DNA from: an uncultured delta proteobacterium
GTDB taxonomy: Bacteria; Desulfobacterota; Desulfuromonadia; Geobacterales; Pseudopelobacteraceae
Assembly (NCBI GenBank): GCA_963772835.1
Contig: CAVYYZ010000002.1
Coordinates: 1 to 64,000, forward strand
Reading direction: 5' to 3'
Length of the DNA stretch: 64,000 bases
Under the pieces are notes generated by a model, which did not search any database, was not told the DNA's origin, and saw only the letters and a list, made by a program, of their open reading frames with translations. Made by a program: the position numbers and the translations under genes. This document shows positions 10,140 to 19,554 of the stretch, piece after piece. Numbering within the stretch: the stretch's first letter is position 1; each line of letters opens with the position of its first letter.

Positions 10140-10484
10140 TCACTCCTGCCTGACTATATCGACCGAGATCTCCACCGCCTGGATTGTTCCTTTGTTCTCA
10201 AGCCAGTGTGTGGTGTTCCTATCCTCGGGCCAACCGGCTCCCGGTCCATAGTCCGTAGCGACTCCATTTCGATGGTCAGTGATCGTTCCTTGCAGTATAT
10301 AGACGGTGCCCGGTCTGCCTTTATGATCATGAATCGGGCCGAAGACGCCTCCAGGCTCGATGGTCACCATACGCATCCGAAGTTGGCGCCCCGCCATGCC
10401 CTCGATTTCAGGGCCAAGATCAACCGTTGCAAGTAACTTCACCGTAACACCTTTCGTCCCGGGTGCCACCTGTTCGTTGCTCAT
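10140..10484 (-). CDS. Cupin domain protein
   Basis: IEPGG...HDHKGRPGTVYILQG...HWLENKG; GGAGG RBS. Confidence 0.88.
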   Translation of the reverse strand: MSNEQVAPGTKGVTVKLLATVDLGPEIEGMAGRQLRMRMVTIEPGGVFGPIHDHKGRPGTVYILQGTITDHRNGVATDYGPGAGWPEDRNTTHWLENKGTIQAVEISVDIVRQE

Positions 10485-10889
10485 CACGCTCACCTCCCGG
10501 TACATCCAGAGTCTCACCTGTCATTACAGCGATCATGTTCCGGCATCTACTCATAGTTATGCTTGTGGGTAAAAGTATATGCCGGCGGCAACTTTTCGTC
10601 AAATGTCGAGAACAAATTGGCTTGTCCGGTTTTGTAGTAAATGAATTGCCGCTTTTGGGATACCACCTGTATTCATGTATACAGCAGGGCGGTAATCGTT
10701 ATCAGCCTACAGTGCTTCTGGAAGTTATGATGAGGTTGGACTATGGGATTGATATGCCGAAGATGAGCAGACAGGAAACAAACCCTATATGAAGTATCAT
10801 TCAGAGCATCCAAGGTGATAAAAAAGTTACTATATCAGCATCTTATTTATTAGGCGATTACTTACGGCTAGTTACATCGTTCTGATATT

Positions 10890-10905
10890 TGGCACTGTAT
10901 ATGCT
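10890..10905 (+). promoter_or_regulatory. Sigma54 (-24/-12) promoter
   Basis: TGGCAC-TGTAT-ATGCT with exact GG-N10-GC spacing, ~45 nt upstream of the ATG at 10950. Confidence 0.65.
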
Positions 10906-10949
10906 CATACTAAAAACAGATTCACTAAGATTATCCGGAGGTTTTACCC

Positions 10950-11180
10950 ATGAAAAAAGTTCTTTCCACAATCGTTGCTGCTCTCGTTGCTCTGTCTTTC
11001 TCTGCTGTAGTTTTTGCTGCTGATGTTGCACCTGCTGCTGCTCCTGCTGCTGATGCCAAGCCTGCTGTAGAAAAGAAAGAAGTAAAGAAAGTAAAGAAAC
11101 ACAAAAAAGCCAAGAAAGCTAAAGCTGCAAAAGAAGCTGCTGCTCCTGCTGCTGACGCTGCTGCTCCTGCTGCAAAGTAA
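10950..11180 (+). CDS. Small secreted Ala/Lys-rich low-complexity protein
   Basis: Signal peptide (AVVFA-ADV), Lys-rich core, GGAGG RBS and a downstream terminator. Confidence 0.85.
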   Translation: MKKVLSTIVAALVALSFSAVVFAADVAPAAAPAADAKPAVEKKEVKKVKKHKKAKKAKAAKEAAAPAADAAAPAAK

Positions 11181-11199
11181 TCCGTTTTTCAAAGTACCT

Positions 11200-11235
11200 A
11201 AAAAAGACCGCATCGTTGGATGTGGTCTTTTTTTT
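11200..11235 (+). terminator. Rho-independent terminator
   Basis: AAAAAAGACCGCATC-GTTG-GATGTGGTCTTTTTTTT. Confidence 0.85.
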
Positions 11236-11279
11236 ATGTTTTTTGTTAGTTCAAGTGAATACTTCAGGAGAAGAAAAGT

Positions 11280-11435
11280 ATGGATGATTTATTACGAGCA
11301 ATTGAAGATTCATTATTACACCACAACAGACCCGTTCAAGTCGCATTCAATCTTTATGAACTCCTGAGTAAAGCGGGATGTGATGATGAATACATTCAGG
11401 AGGTGGCGTCTGCTCTTGAAGATATCGTGAGCTGA
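11280..11435 (+). CDS. Small acidic helical protein, 51 aa (MDDLLRAIEDSLL...ALEDIVS); not in the ORF track
   Basis: AGGAG RBS ~9 nt upstream; amphipathic helical composition. Confidence 0.6.
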   Translation: MDDLLRAIEDSLLHHNRPVQVAFNLYELLSKAGCDDEYIQEVASALEDIVS

Positions 11436-11454
11436 CAGGAGTATCCGGCAAGCA

Positions 11455-11533
11455 GGAGCTTGTCAATTCAATTGTGTACATCAAATCCCGGTTTTTAATA
11501 TACGATACGTTATCCTGCTAAATGGTAGAATTT
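11455..11533 (+). repeat. IS256-terminus-like repeat, copy 2
   Basis: GGAGCTTGTCAATTCAATTGTGTACATCAAATCCCGGTTTTTAATATACGATACGTTATCCTGCTAAATGGTAGAATTT. Confidence 0.55.
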
Positions 11534-11537
11534 GCCG

Positions 11538-13742
11538 TCATGCATTAGCCGGCGTACCTTCCACAACACTCTTCAGAACCTCCCGCAACTGGTCAAAGCT
11601 GAACGGCTTACTGATCAGTCCGGCTACATCACCCGGGGTTACCCTTGAGGAAACAATCGCATCGCCAAAGCCGCTGATAACTATAACCGGAAGTTTTTGG
11701 TCGATCTTCTTTAACTCGATTAACAACTCATAACCGTCCATGAGCGGCATGCCGATGTCTGTTACAACCACTCTGATGTCTCCAGCGTTCTTCCGGTACT
11801 GTTCAAGCGCTTCGATGCCATTCGATGCTTCAATGACCGAGAAGCCCAGTGCTTCCAGAAGTGTTTTGGCAACAGTTTTGAGTTGCGGCTCGTCCTCTAC
11901 GAGCAGTATCGTGCCGCTTCCCTGCCACGCCAGTAAGGATATCTGTGGACGTGATTCCTCTGCGGCCGTCTCACCGATATGTACCGGCAGAAAGATTTTG
12001 AAGGTTGTACCCATACCGGGCTGGCTGGTAAGCTGCAGGGCCCCCTTGTGCGAGGTGACAATGCCAAGTACGGCGGACATGCCTAATCCACGACCGACGA
12101 ATTTGGTGCTGTAGAACGGCTCGAAGATTCTCTGTTTTGTCGCTTCATCCATACCGCAGCCGCTGTCGGTGACCTCCAGGCAGAGATACAGCCCGGCCGG
12201 TATGATCCTGCCGAGATGATCCAGTTCAGATTGGCCGTCTCTGACCGCTGTCCTGGTAAGCGATATAACAATCTCCCCCTGCACTTCGCCGATGGCCTCA
12301 GATGCGTTGATGATCAGGTTCATGACGATCTGTCTGAGTTGGCTGGCATCACCTTCAATAGAGGGGAGGTCTCCGGTAAGGTACGGTTTGATGGCCGCAT
12401 TCTGGGGGAGGGTTGATTTCAACAAATTCAGAACATCGTCCACCAGCGCCGTCAAATTAATTTGTGACTGCACAAATTGCGTTTTCCCGGCGTAGGCCAG
12501 CATCTGGCGGCAGAGTTCAGCAGCACGTCCGGAGGCCTTTTCAATTTCGAGCACAAACTCAGCTGCCTTTTCAGGCTTTTGCTTTGCCAAATCGCAATAG
12601 CACATGATCACTGCCAGAATATTGTTGAAGTCGTGCGCGATACCTCCGGCCAGTACTCCGAGGCTTTCCAGCTTCTGGGCTTGCAGTACCTGCTTTTCAA
12701 GGTTCTGCTTCACTTCTTCGGCATCCATGCGCTCCATCTCTCCGGCAGCACGTACTCCAACCAGATTCATTACGTTTTCAACCAGATGACGGTTCACCAG
12801 CGGGCGACGGCTTATGACCGCAATCAGGCCGATCGGCTGGTGTGTATGGCTCCAGAGGGTAACTCCGACATAGCTCTCTGCCCGCAGGTCCTGAAGGACC
12901 TGATCCCGCGGGAAAAATTGACACACACTGGCAGGGAAGCAGCAGACGGTCTTGCCGACTACATCGCCGCAGGGAGTGTCTTTCAGGGCATAGGTCACGT
13001 TATCCTCGAAATGGCCGTCACACCAGACAGCCACCGTCCGGGCGGACAGGCCGTCCCCTTCCAACCGGTCAATACAGACGAAGTCCATGTTCAGGGTCTC
13101 GGCAAGAAAAAGGGCCAATGATTCAAAAAAATCCTCGCCAGGCTGGAGAGAGTTGATCTGCAGCAGATACGACTGGACCTCCTCGATTTGTTTGCGCTCG
13201 GACGTGTCAATTATGAACCACTCAAATCCGATGATATTACCGAAATGCACGACCGGATGGGCGGAGAATATATGGTGACCGACTGAGCCGTCCTTGCGGA
13301 GGCTGGAGAATTCTCCTAATGGAATAGGCATCCCTCTCTTCAGTTCGGCCAGATGTTTGAGCGCAGATTGTGATTCGCTGTCTACCTGGACTATGCTGAA
13401 GTGGCTGCCGATAACTTCGTCAGGTGAGCCATAACCGTGCATCCGCAACCAGGCATCATTGACATCCACGAAGCGTTCATCCGTGTCCAAACGAAAATAA
13501 CCGGCGGGTGTCATCTTGATGATGTTGACGAGGTGCTCCTCATGCTCACTCTTTTCTGCCAGCGCACGTGTCAGCTCCTCATTCTGCATCTCCAGTTCAA
13601 TCTTGTGAACCTGCAGCTCATGGAACAGACGTTTTGCGTCGAACCCTCCAAAATCGGCATCTGTAGATAACGAATTTGAGGCAAGCTCACCCTCGGCACG
13701 TGTGCGAAGGTCACGCTCTCCTGCTGTTGACTCGTTTGCCAT
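11538..13742 (-). CDS. Cytoplasmic hybrid sensor histidine kinase (coiled coil - PAS - GAF - HisKA - HATPase - REC)
   Basis: HELQVHKIELEMQNEEL, LAGGIAHDFNN, FYSTKFVGRGLG and TDIGMP; paralog of 5027..8065 from the GAF domain onward. Confidence 0.93.
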   Translation of the reverse strand: MANESTAGERDLRTRAEGELASNSLSTDADFGGFDAKRLFHELQVHKIELEMQNEELTRALAEKSEHEEHLVNIIKMTPAGYFRLDTDERFVDVNDAWLRMHGYGSPDEVIGSHFSIVQVDSESQSALKHLAELKRGMPIPLGEFSSLRKDGSVGHHIFSAHPVVHFGNIIGFEWFIIDTSERKQIEEVQSYLLQINSLQPGEDFFESLALFLAETLNMDFVCIDRLEGDGLSARTVAVWCDGHFEDNVTYALKDTPCGDVVGKTVCCFPASVCQFFPRDQVLQDLRAESYVGVTLWSHTHQPIGLIAVISRRPLVNRHLVENVMNLVGVRAAGEMERMDAEEVKQNLEKQVLQAQKLESLGVLAGGIAHDFNNILAVIMCYCDLAKQKPEKAAEFVLEIEKASGRAAELCRQMLAYAGKTQFVQSQINLTALVDDVLNLLKSTLPQNAAIKPYLTGDLPSIEGDASQLRQIVMNLIINASEAIGEVQGEIVISLTRTAVRDGQSELDHLGRIIPAGLYLCLEVTDSGCGMDEATKQRIFEPFYSTKFVGRGLGMSAVLGIVTSHKGALQLTSQPGMGTTFKIFLPVHIGETAAEESRPQISLLAWQGSGTILLVEDEPQLKTVAKTLLEALGFSVIEASNGIEALEQYRKNAGDIRVVVTDIGMPLMDGYELLIELKKIDQKLPVIVISGFGDAIVSSRVTPGDVAGLISKPFSFDQLREVLKSVVEGTPANA

Positions 13743-13973
13743 GTGGTTCCTCTCGCTCTCTTATTCAATCAAAAAACGGCGCACGGTAAAAGCCGCAACG
13801 CCGGTCAGCAAGGAATCAATCAAATAAATGCTGACAGAAGCATTTGTCAGGAGGAGGTTTTCTGTCTGTCTGCCTGCGCAATAGTTTTGCCACTTGAGAC
13901 CTCCTCCAAACAGTATTGATGAAGGAACTATAACGTTAATCCGGCAAATTGCAATCATAAACCTGGAATAAGA

Positions 13974-14015
13974 GAAGGGTGTAAAAAATAATGTGTAAAT
14001 GACCTTTCGGTTTAA
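13974..14015 (+). repeat. IS256-terminus-like repeat, copy 3 (degenerate)
   Basis: GAAGGG-TGTAAAAAATAATGTGTAAAT has the same 21-nt register as TGTCAACCAGATTGTGTAAAT. Confidence 0.4.
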
Positions 14016-14022
14016 TTGCGAA

Positions 14023-14213
14023 TTAGTTACTGTCCAGCACCTCCCGCACCATTGTCGCCATATTCGGCAGCGAAAACGGCTTCTGAATGAAATGCACACC
14101 TTCATCAAGCACGCCGTGGTGGGCAATACAATCGGCCGTATAGCCGGACATACACAGGCGCTTCAAGTGTGGATACATTGTGAGGATGTTTTTGCCAGCT
14201 CGCGGCCATTCAT
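14023..14213 (-). pseudogene. C-terminal receiver-domain remnant of a hybrid kinase/response regulator
   Basis: MNGRELAK/(frameshift)NILTMYPHLKRLCMSGYTAD...FIQKPFS...VREVLD; the 5' part is missing. Confidence 0.8.
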
Positions 14214-14262
14214 CTACGGTATAATTACATCGGTCATCGACAGATGTAATTATACCGTAGAT
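14212..14262. repeat. Perfect 20-bp inverted repeat with 11-nt spacer (MITE/IS scar-like)
   Basis: ATCTACGGTATAATTACATC-GGTCATCGACA-GATGTAATTATACCGTAGAT. Confidence 0.9.
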
Positions 14263-14378
14263 AATTTCCATACGGCACCTTCCAATAAGGTGCTAATTTA
14301 ACTACTAAAATAATAGTTTTAATTACACTCATACTCTGATAGTATCAACGCATAATTACAGCTTAATGAGGACAGTTT

Positions 14379-15491
14379 ATGATGGGCGCCACATCCAAAC
14401 CACTCATTCCGAGTAAAACACTTCTTGCACTTCGCTTCCTTATTATTTTTGTTGTGTCATGCGGCATTGCAGAGATCGTAGAGATCGTTATACAGCCACA
14501 CTTCGAAACAAACGTGCTGATATTTGAATTACTTGAGCATGGCACTCTTGTCAGCCTGATGCTGATCTTCATGTCTAAATTCGTAGTAAACCCGATATTA
14601 AAAGAAATGGAATTGAGAACGCTATCAGAGCAGCAGTTAGTACTCAGTGAAATCAAGAATAGAAACATCATTGAATCGATGCCTGATGCTGTTCTTAGAA
14701 TTGCTGCCGATGGTACCGTGATTGAGTATCTGCCGAAGCAAAATGCTAATCTTATCTTTAAGGCAGGTGCTAATGTGAGTGACTGCCTGCCTCCCGGTAT
14801 TGTTATAAGTTTCCTCACCAGTATGAACACTACGCTGCAAGACGGTGCTAATCAGCAAATTGACCTTATGTTCAGGCAAGAGTCTGAAGTCTGTTATCAT
14901 GTGTTCAACTTTGTCAAATCAGCCGAGAATGAAGTAACTGTCTTCATAAGAGATATTACCAGACGAAAAGTATATGAAGAACAGCTCAAACATTTGAGTT
15001 CTCACGATGCATTGACGGGTCTTTACAACAGAACATTCTACGAGGCAGAGTTAGACCGATTAGCTACCAGCAGGCGTTACCCGGTAAGCATAATTATAAT
15101 TGACCTTGATGGGTTGAAGACCATAAACGATTCATATGGTCATGCAGCTGGCGATAAAATGATATGCAAGGCGGCAGACATTCTGAAGAGCGCCCTTAGA
15201 GTTGATGATCTGGTTGCACGCACAGGAGGAGACGAATTCACAGCTCTTCTGCCGGAATCAGGACCCGGTATACTCAAGACTGCTATTGAGCGCCTGGAAT
15301 TAAGTCTTACCATGGCAAATAAGGTTACAGATGGTGTACTTGTAAAGTTCTCTTTAGGAACTGCTATTGCTGAATCACATGAGAATCTTCTTGACGCTGT
15401 AAAAGCTGCTGACATGAAAATGTACCAGAATAAAACTACCAGGAAAACAATATCAGACGATAGTGATGAGCTTGAGAACATGCTGGCATAA
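14379..15491 (+). CDS. Membrane-anchored diguanylate cyclase (2 TM - PAS-like - GGDEF)
   Basis: HDALTGLYNR, DLDGLKTINDSYGHAAGD, RVDD I-site, RTGGDEF and ADMKMY. Confidence 0.93.
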   Translation: MMGATSKPLIPSKTLLALRFLIIFVVSCGIAEIVEIVIQPHFETNVLIFELLEHGTLVSLMLIFMSKFVVNPILKEMELRTLSEQQLVLSEIKNRNIIESMPDAVLRIAADGTVIEYLPKQNANLIFKAGANVSDCLPPGIVISFLTSMNTTLQDGANQQIDLMFRQESEVCYHVFNFVKSAENEVTVFIRDITRRKVYEEQLKHLSSHDALTGLYNRTFYEAELDRLATSRRYPVSIIIIDLDGLKTINDSYGHAAGDKMICKAADILKSALRVDDLVARTGGDEFTALLPESGPGILKTAIERLELSLTMANKVTDGVLVKFSLGTAIAESHENLLDAVKAADMKMYQNKTTRKTISDDSDELENMLA

Positions 15492-15787
15492 CGTCTGGTT
15501 AAAAGCATATTAATCCCCGCAGTACCACCTACCCTTGATGAACAATCCATGTTCAAACTTCTGAACCCGAATCCATGTACAGGCTATAAGGGGGCTGGCA
15601 GTTAATTGGCGGCCCTGTTTCCTCAAGCTATAATCAATCTGTTCCCTTCTTTGCCCGTGCTGTTCTCCTGAATCTCCAGGTGCAATTATAAAAATATGTG
15701 GTAACTTCTTACACGCATAATGACATACACGAACGGCCACACACTTCGATTTGACTCACAGCTGCCTATACACGTAAGGATTGTACA

Positions 15788-18664
15788 ATGGATGATCTAA
15801 AGCACCGAAAACACGGGATAGAAGCGTTGAGAATTGTAGCAATCTATTCTCTGTTCGGCTTAGTCTGGATATATGGGTCTGATACAGTACTCGGCTGGCT
15901 GGTGCATGATCCGGCCGTAATGGTAAAAATTGCCGTTATTAAAGGCTCTCTCTTCATCTTCTGCACGGCTACACTTCTCTACTTCTTAATCAACCGCTTC
16001 ATCCGGCAATTAACTTCTGCCGAAACAGGTCAAATCGAAAGTCTGAAAAACTATGAAGCGATCTTCAATGCCACCAATGAGGCAATATTTGTTCAAGATG
16101 CTAAAAGCGGGCACATTTTGGATATTAATGACCGTATGCTGGAAATCTATGGATACACTCGTGAAGAAGCTCTGGCTGTTGGAATTGGTGATCTATCAGA
16201 AGGAGTGTCTCCGTATTCACAGGCAGAAGCTGCAGAAAAAGTCCGGCGGACTCTGCTGGAGGGGCCTCAGGTTTTCGTGTGGCATTCACGTAAAAAAAAT
16301 GGCGGGCTCTTCTGGTCTGAAGTTTCACTCCGACGAATATCAATTCATGATTCAGACAGAATCATAGCTGTTGTCAGGGATATTAGCGATCGCAAGCAGT
16401 TGGACGATGCTTTGCTCATGAGGGAAAAAAGGCATCGGACCATTCTTGATTCGGCTATGGATGGCTTCTGGATTGTAAGCCGGGAGGGCAGACTCCTGGA
16501 AATCAATGATGCTTATTGCAGGATGAGCGGCTATAGCAAGCAGGAACTTCTGACCATGAATATTGCTGATTTTGATGTGAATGAGACCACCAATGACGCT
16601 GTTGCCCACAACGATAGAATCATGGGACAGGGCGAAGATCGTTTTGTCGCTCAGCATCGCCGCAAGAATGGCACTGTCTACGACGTAGAAGTCAGTGCCA
16701 AATTTATACCGATTGAGGGTGGAATACTGATGGCTTTTCTGCGGGATATCACCGACCGGAACCGGATGGAGGAGTCCCTGCGGGAGAGCAAAGCTACTTT
16801 TAAGGCTTTTTATGATTTAGGACTGGTCGGTTTAACTATTACATCTCCGGAAAAAGGCTGGGTAAATATCAACGAGTGTCTGTGCAACATGCTTGGTTAT
16901 ACGGAAGCTGAATTACGTACGATGACGTGGGATCAGCTCACACATCCTGATGACCTTACAGCCGACGTCGAACAGTTCGAGCAATTACTTGGCGGAAACA
17001 TTGATGGCTATGAGTTGGAAAAACGCTTTCTAACGAGAAGCGGGGGGATCGTTTTCACTAAACTTGTTGTTCGATGTGTCCGGAAGTCAGATCGATCGGT
17101 TGATTTCATAGCGGCAATGGTGGAAGACATTACCGGGCACAAACAGGCTGAGACGGCCCTGAAAGAATCCGCATCCAAAATAGCCAGTATTGTCAATAAC
17201 GTGCCTGGACACGTAGCTTTTGTCACCGCAGACACGTTGAAATACGAGTTTGTAAATGACGCCTTTGAAAAATCATTCGGGATCCCACGGGAAAAAATTA
17301 TTGGCAGTTTTATAAAGGACATCATCGGGGAAAACAATTACCGGTTCGCCCTCACTTATATAAAAGAAGTCAGAGCGGGAAAATCAGCTTCCTACGAAAA
17401 TGTGTTTGATCTTGTTTCGGGAAAACGCTGGATTCAGGTAAATTATAATCCCATTACAGATTCTAACGGGCACGTCGTTTCAATTGCCGTTCATAGCTTC
17501 GACATTACGGATCATAAAGAACACGAAAATGAACGGTTGAAAATTGAAAAACTGGAATCACTGGGAGTCCTGGCAGGAGGCATTGCCCACGATTTCAACA
17601 ATATTCTTACCGTGATCATGGGGAATATTTCTTTTGCCAGGATGTTTATTGATCATACGCACAAGTCCTACAATGCTCTGGACGGCGCAGAAAAAGCGAC
17701 CGTGCGGGCCACCGAACTGGCCCGTCAACTCCTGACCTTTGCCCGTGGAGGCACACCTGTCAAGAAGGTTGTTTCTCTCCGGAATCTTGTGAATGAAACG
17801 GTATCGATGGCTCTTCACGGTTCAAATGTCAAAGCAGTCATAGACATCCCCGATTCAATCCATGCCATAGAAGCCGATGAAGGGCAAATCAGCCAGGTAT
17901 TCCACAATATAATTATCAACGCTACGCAGTCGATGCCTGGCGGAGGGACATTGACCGTCACCGCACGTAATGAAATGCTTGATAACGACATGAGCATGTC
18001 GCTTTCTCCCGGTTCATACATCCGTCTTTTATTTACCGATGAAGGCTGCGGAATCCCCGATACTGATCTGAATAAAATCTTTGACCCGTACTTTACCACC
18101 AAAGTAAGCGGTCATGGGTTGGGATTAGCCTCCTGCCGCTCGATTATTGTCAAGCATGGAGGAAATATCAGCGTCAGCTCTACAGTAAATACCGGAAGTA
18201 CCTTCACACTCCATCTGCCATCAATCGGAGAGACAATTCCCGATTGCAGAATCGTCTTGGACACGCAAACCGTCAGGGATACTAATGGTGGGTCCGTCCT
18301 CGTCATGGATGACGAGGAAATGATCCTGGAACTTGCTGCCGGACTGCTTGAAGAAATCGGGTATCAGGTTACGATGTGTCACGATGGGACAGAAGCTATA
18401 AGACATTATAAAGCGGCGAGGGATTCAGGAAAGCCGTTTTCGGCGGTAATCATGGATCTGACCATTCCGGGAGGCATGGGCGGCATTGAGGCAGCGAAAG
18501 AAATTCTTGGTATTGATCCTGCTGCGCGCCTGATAGTTTCGAGTGGGTATTCAGATAGTCCGGTAATGTCTGACTACATTTCCTATGGTTTTGCCGGCGC
18601 AATTGCAAAACCTTACCGGGTGAGTGAACTGGCACACATTCTGCGCTCGTCACTCACTGATTAG
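15788..18664 (+). CDS. Hybrid sensor histidine kinase (2 TM - 4 PAS - HisKA - HATPase - REC)
   Basis: Repeated PAS/DIT ends, LAGGIAHDFNN, YFTTKVSGHGLG and MDLTIPGG. Confidence 0.93.
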   Translation: MDDLKHRKHGIEALRIVAIYSLFGLVWIYGSDTVLGWLVHDPAVMVKIAVIKGSLFIFCTATLLYFLINRFIRQLTSAETGQIESLKNYEAIFNATNEAIFVQDAKSGHILDINDRMLEIYGYTREEALAVGIGDLSEGVSPYSQAEAAEKVRRTLLEGPQVFVWHSRKKNGGLFWSEVSLRRISIHDSDRIIAVVRDISDRKQLDDALLMREKRHRTILDSAMDGFWIVSREGRLLEINDAYCRMSGYSKQELLTMNIADFDVNETTNDAVAHNDRIMGQGEDRFVAQHRRKNGTVYDVEVSAKFIPIEGGILMAFLRDITDRNRMEESLRESKATFKAFYDLGLVGLTITSPEKGWVNINECLCNMLGYTEAELRTMTWDQLTHPDDLTADVEQFEQLLGGNIDGYELEKRFLTRSGGIVFTKLVVRCVRKSDRSVDFIAAMVEDITGHKQAETALKESASKIASIVNNVPGHVAFVTADTLKYEFVNDAFEKSFGIPREKIIGSFIKDIIGENNYRFALTYIKEVRAGKSASYENVFDLVSGKRWIQVNYNPITDSNGHVVSIAVHSFDITDHKEHENERLKIEKLESLGVLAGGIAHDFNNILTVIMGNISFARMFIDHTHKSYNALDGAEKATVRATELARQLLTFARGGTPVKKVVSLRNLVNETVSMALHGSNVKAVIDIPDSIHAIEADEGQISQVFHNIIINATQSMPGGGTLTVTARNEMLDNDMSMSLSPGSYIRLLFTDEGCGIPDTDLNKIFDPYFTTKVSGHGLGLASCRSIIVKHGGNISVSSTVNTGSTFTLHLPSIGETIPDCRIVLDTQTVRDTNGGSVLVMDDEEMILELAAGLLEEIGYQVTMCHDGTEAIRHYKAARDSGKPFSAVIMDLTIPGGMGGIEAAKEILGIDPAARLIVSSGYSDSPVMSDYISYGFAGAIAKPYRVSELAHILRSSLTD

Positions 18665-18789
18665 TCCACAGAACGGGGGTTGCCAGGCAGCATTCGAACA
18701 GGACCTCTTCGTCACAAAAAAAGAGCCGCTCAATCGCATGAGTATGGCCCTTTGTTACGATGACAGTATGAATGTCAGAAATTGATCGC

Positions 18790-18945
18790 TTACCGCTTAA
18801 TTCTTATCACAAACAGATAGGCAATGAGCAGAATCGGAAGCGTTGCAAAGGACGCAGCCAGGTTGCCTGCATACAGCTGCCAGGTTGAAAAAGCCACCAG
18901 ACCGAGCACAAAAATAAGAAGAAGCAGTAAACCGGTTTTTTGCAT
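18790..18945 (-). CDS. Small 2-TM membrane protein, 51 aa (MQKTGLLLLLIFVLGLVAFSTWQLYAGNLAASFATLPILLIAYLFVIRIKR); not in the ORF track
   Basis: Two hydrophobic helices with basic termini; manually translated. Confidence 0.65.
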   Translation of the reverse strand: MQKTGLLLLLIFVLGLVAFSTWQLYAGNLAASFATLPILLIAYLFVIRIKR

Positions 18946-19212
18946 AATTCCCACTGGAACGGCGTCTGCTTAAATTCTGCCGCTGTTTGATGTTTTTTTG
19001 ACCGCTCTGTAATAGCACACCCAGGAGAGAATCACAAAGGTGTACGCGGGCCCGGCCGGGTGGATTCACGATACCTTCGATACTGTATCACATCTGCAGT
19101 GCTGTTATGCCGCTACGCCAGCCCTGCGGCAAGCTCCCGCCAGCAGACTATATCCAGGCGCCTGCTGGCACGGGTAACGCGGACAGAGAGCAGATTCCGG
19201 CGGGATATGCGG

Positions 19213-19458
19213 CTATTTCATTTCAGCCGCTTCCAGGGCCCGGGCGAGTTGATCCGGGCACGACGTATCTCCCTGGCAGGCGATCCCCTTCAGGCGCAGC
19301 ACCGCTTCCGTTACCGGCATCCCCTTCACCAGTGCAGCCACCGCCCGGGTGTTGCCTGCGCAGCCATCGATGAAATCAACACTGACAATGAAACCTGCTT
19401 CAATCTCAATATCGATCCGCGTGGCGCAAGAACCTGCTGTTTCATAACTGAATTGCAT
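19213..19458 (-). CDS. Stand-alone TSCPD-domain protein (TIGR03905-like)
   Basis: GSCA...GCAGN...LKGIAC..TSCPDQLA. Confidence 0.88.
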   Translation of the reverse strand: MQFSYETAGSCATRIDIEIEAGFIVSVDFIDGCAGNTRAVAALVKGMPVTEAVLRLKGIACQGDTSCPDQLARALEAAEMK

Positions 19459-19554
19459 TACTGTACTCCCCTTTTCAGGTGGTTATTTAGTATAGAGTAG
19501 AACAGAGGCCCGTTCCAATCGCTGCGTCCCGCCATGCTTCCTGCAGAGCAAGCA

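Noticed and set aside
15510..15740. 76-aa ORF between the DGC and kinase 3
   Set aside because: No RBS or motif, and it overlaps the expected promoter region.
18665..18690. Fourth IS256-like end after the plus-strand kinase (GGTTGCCAGG)
   Set aside because: Only a short partial match, and the ACACAA core is out of register.
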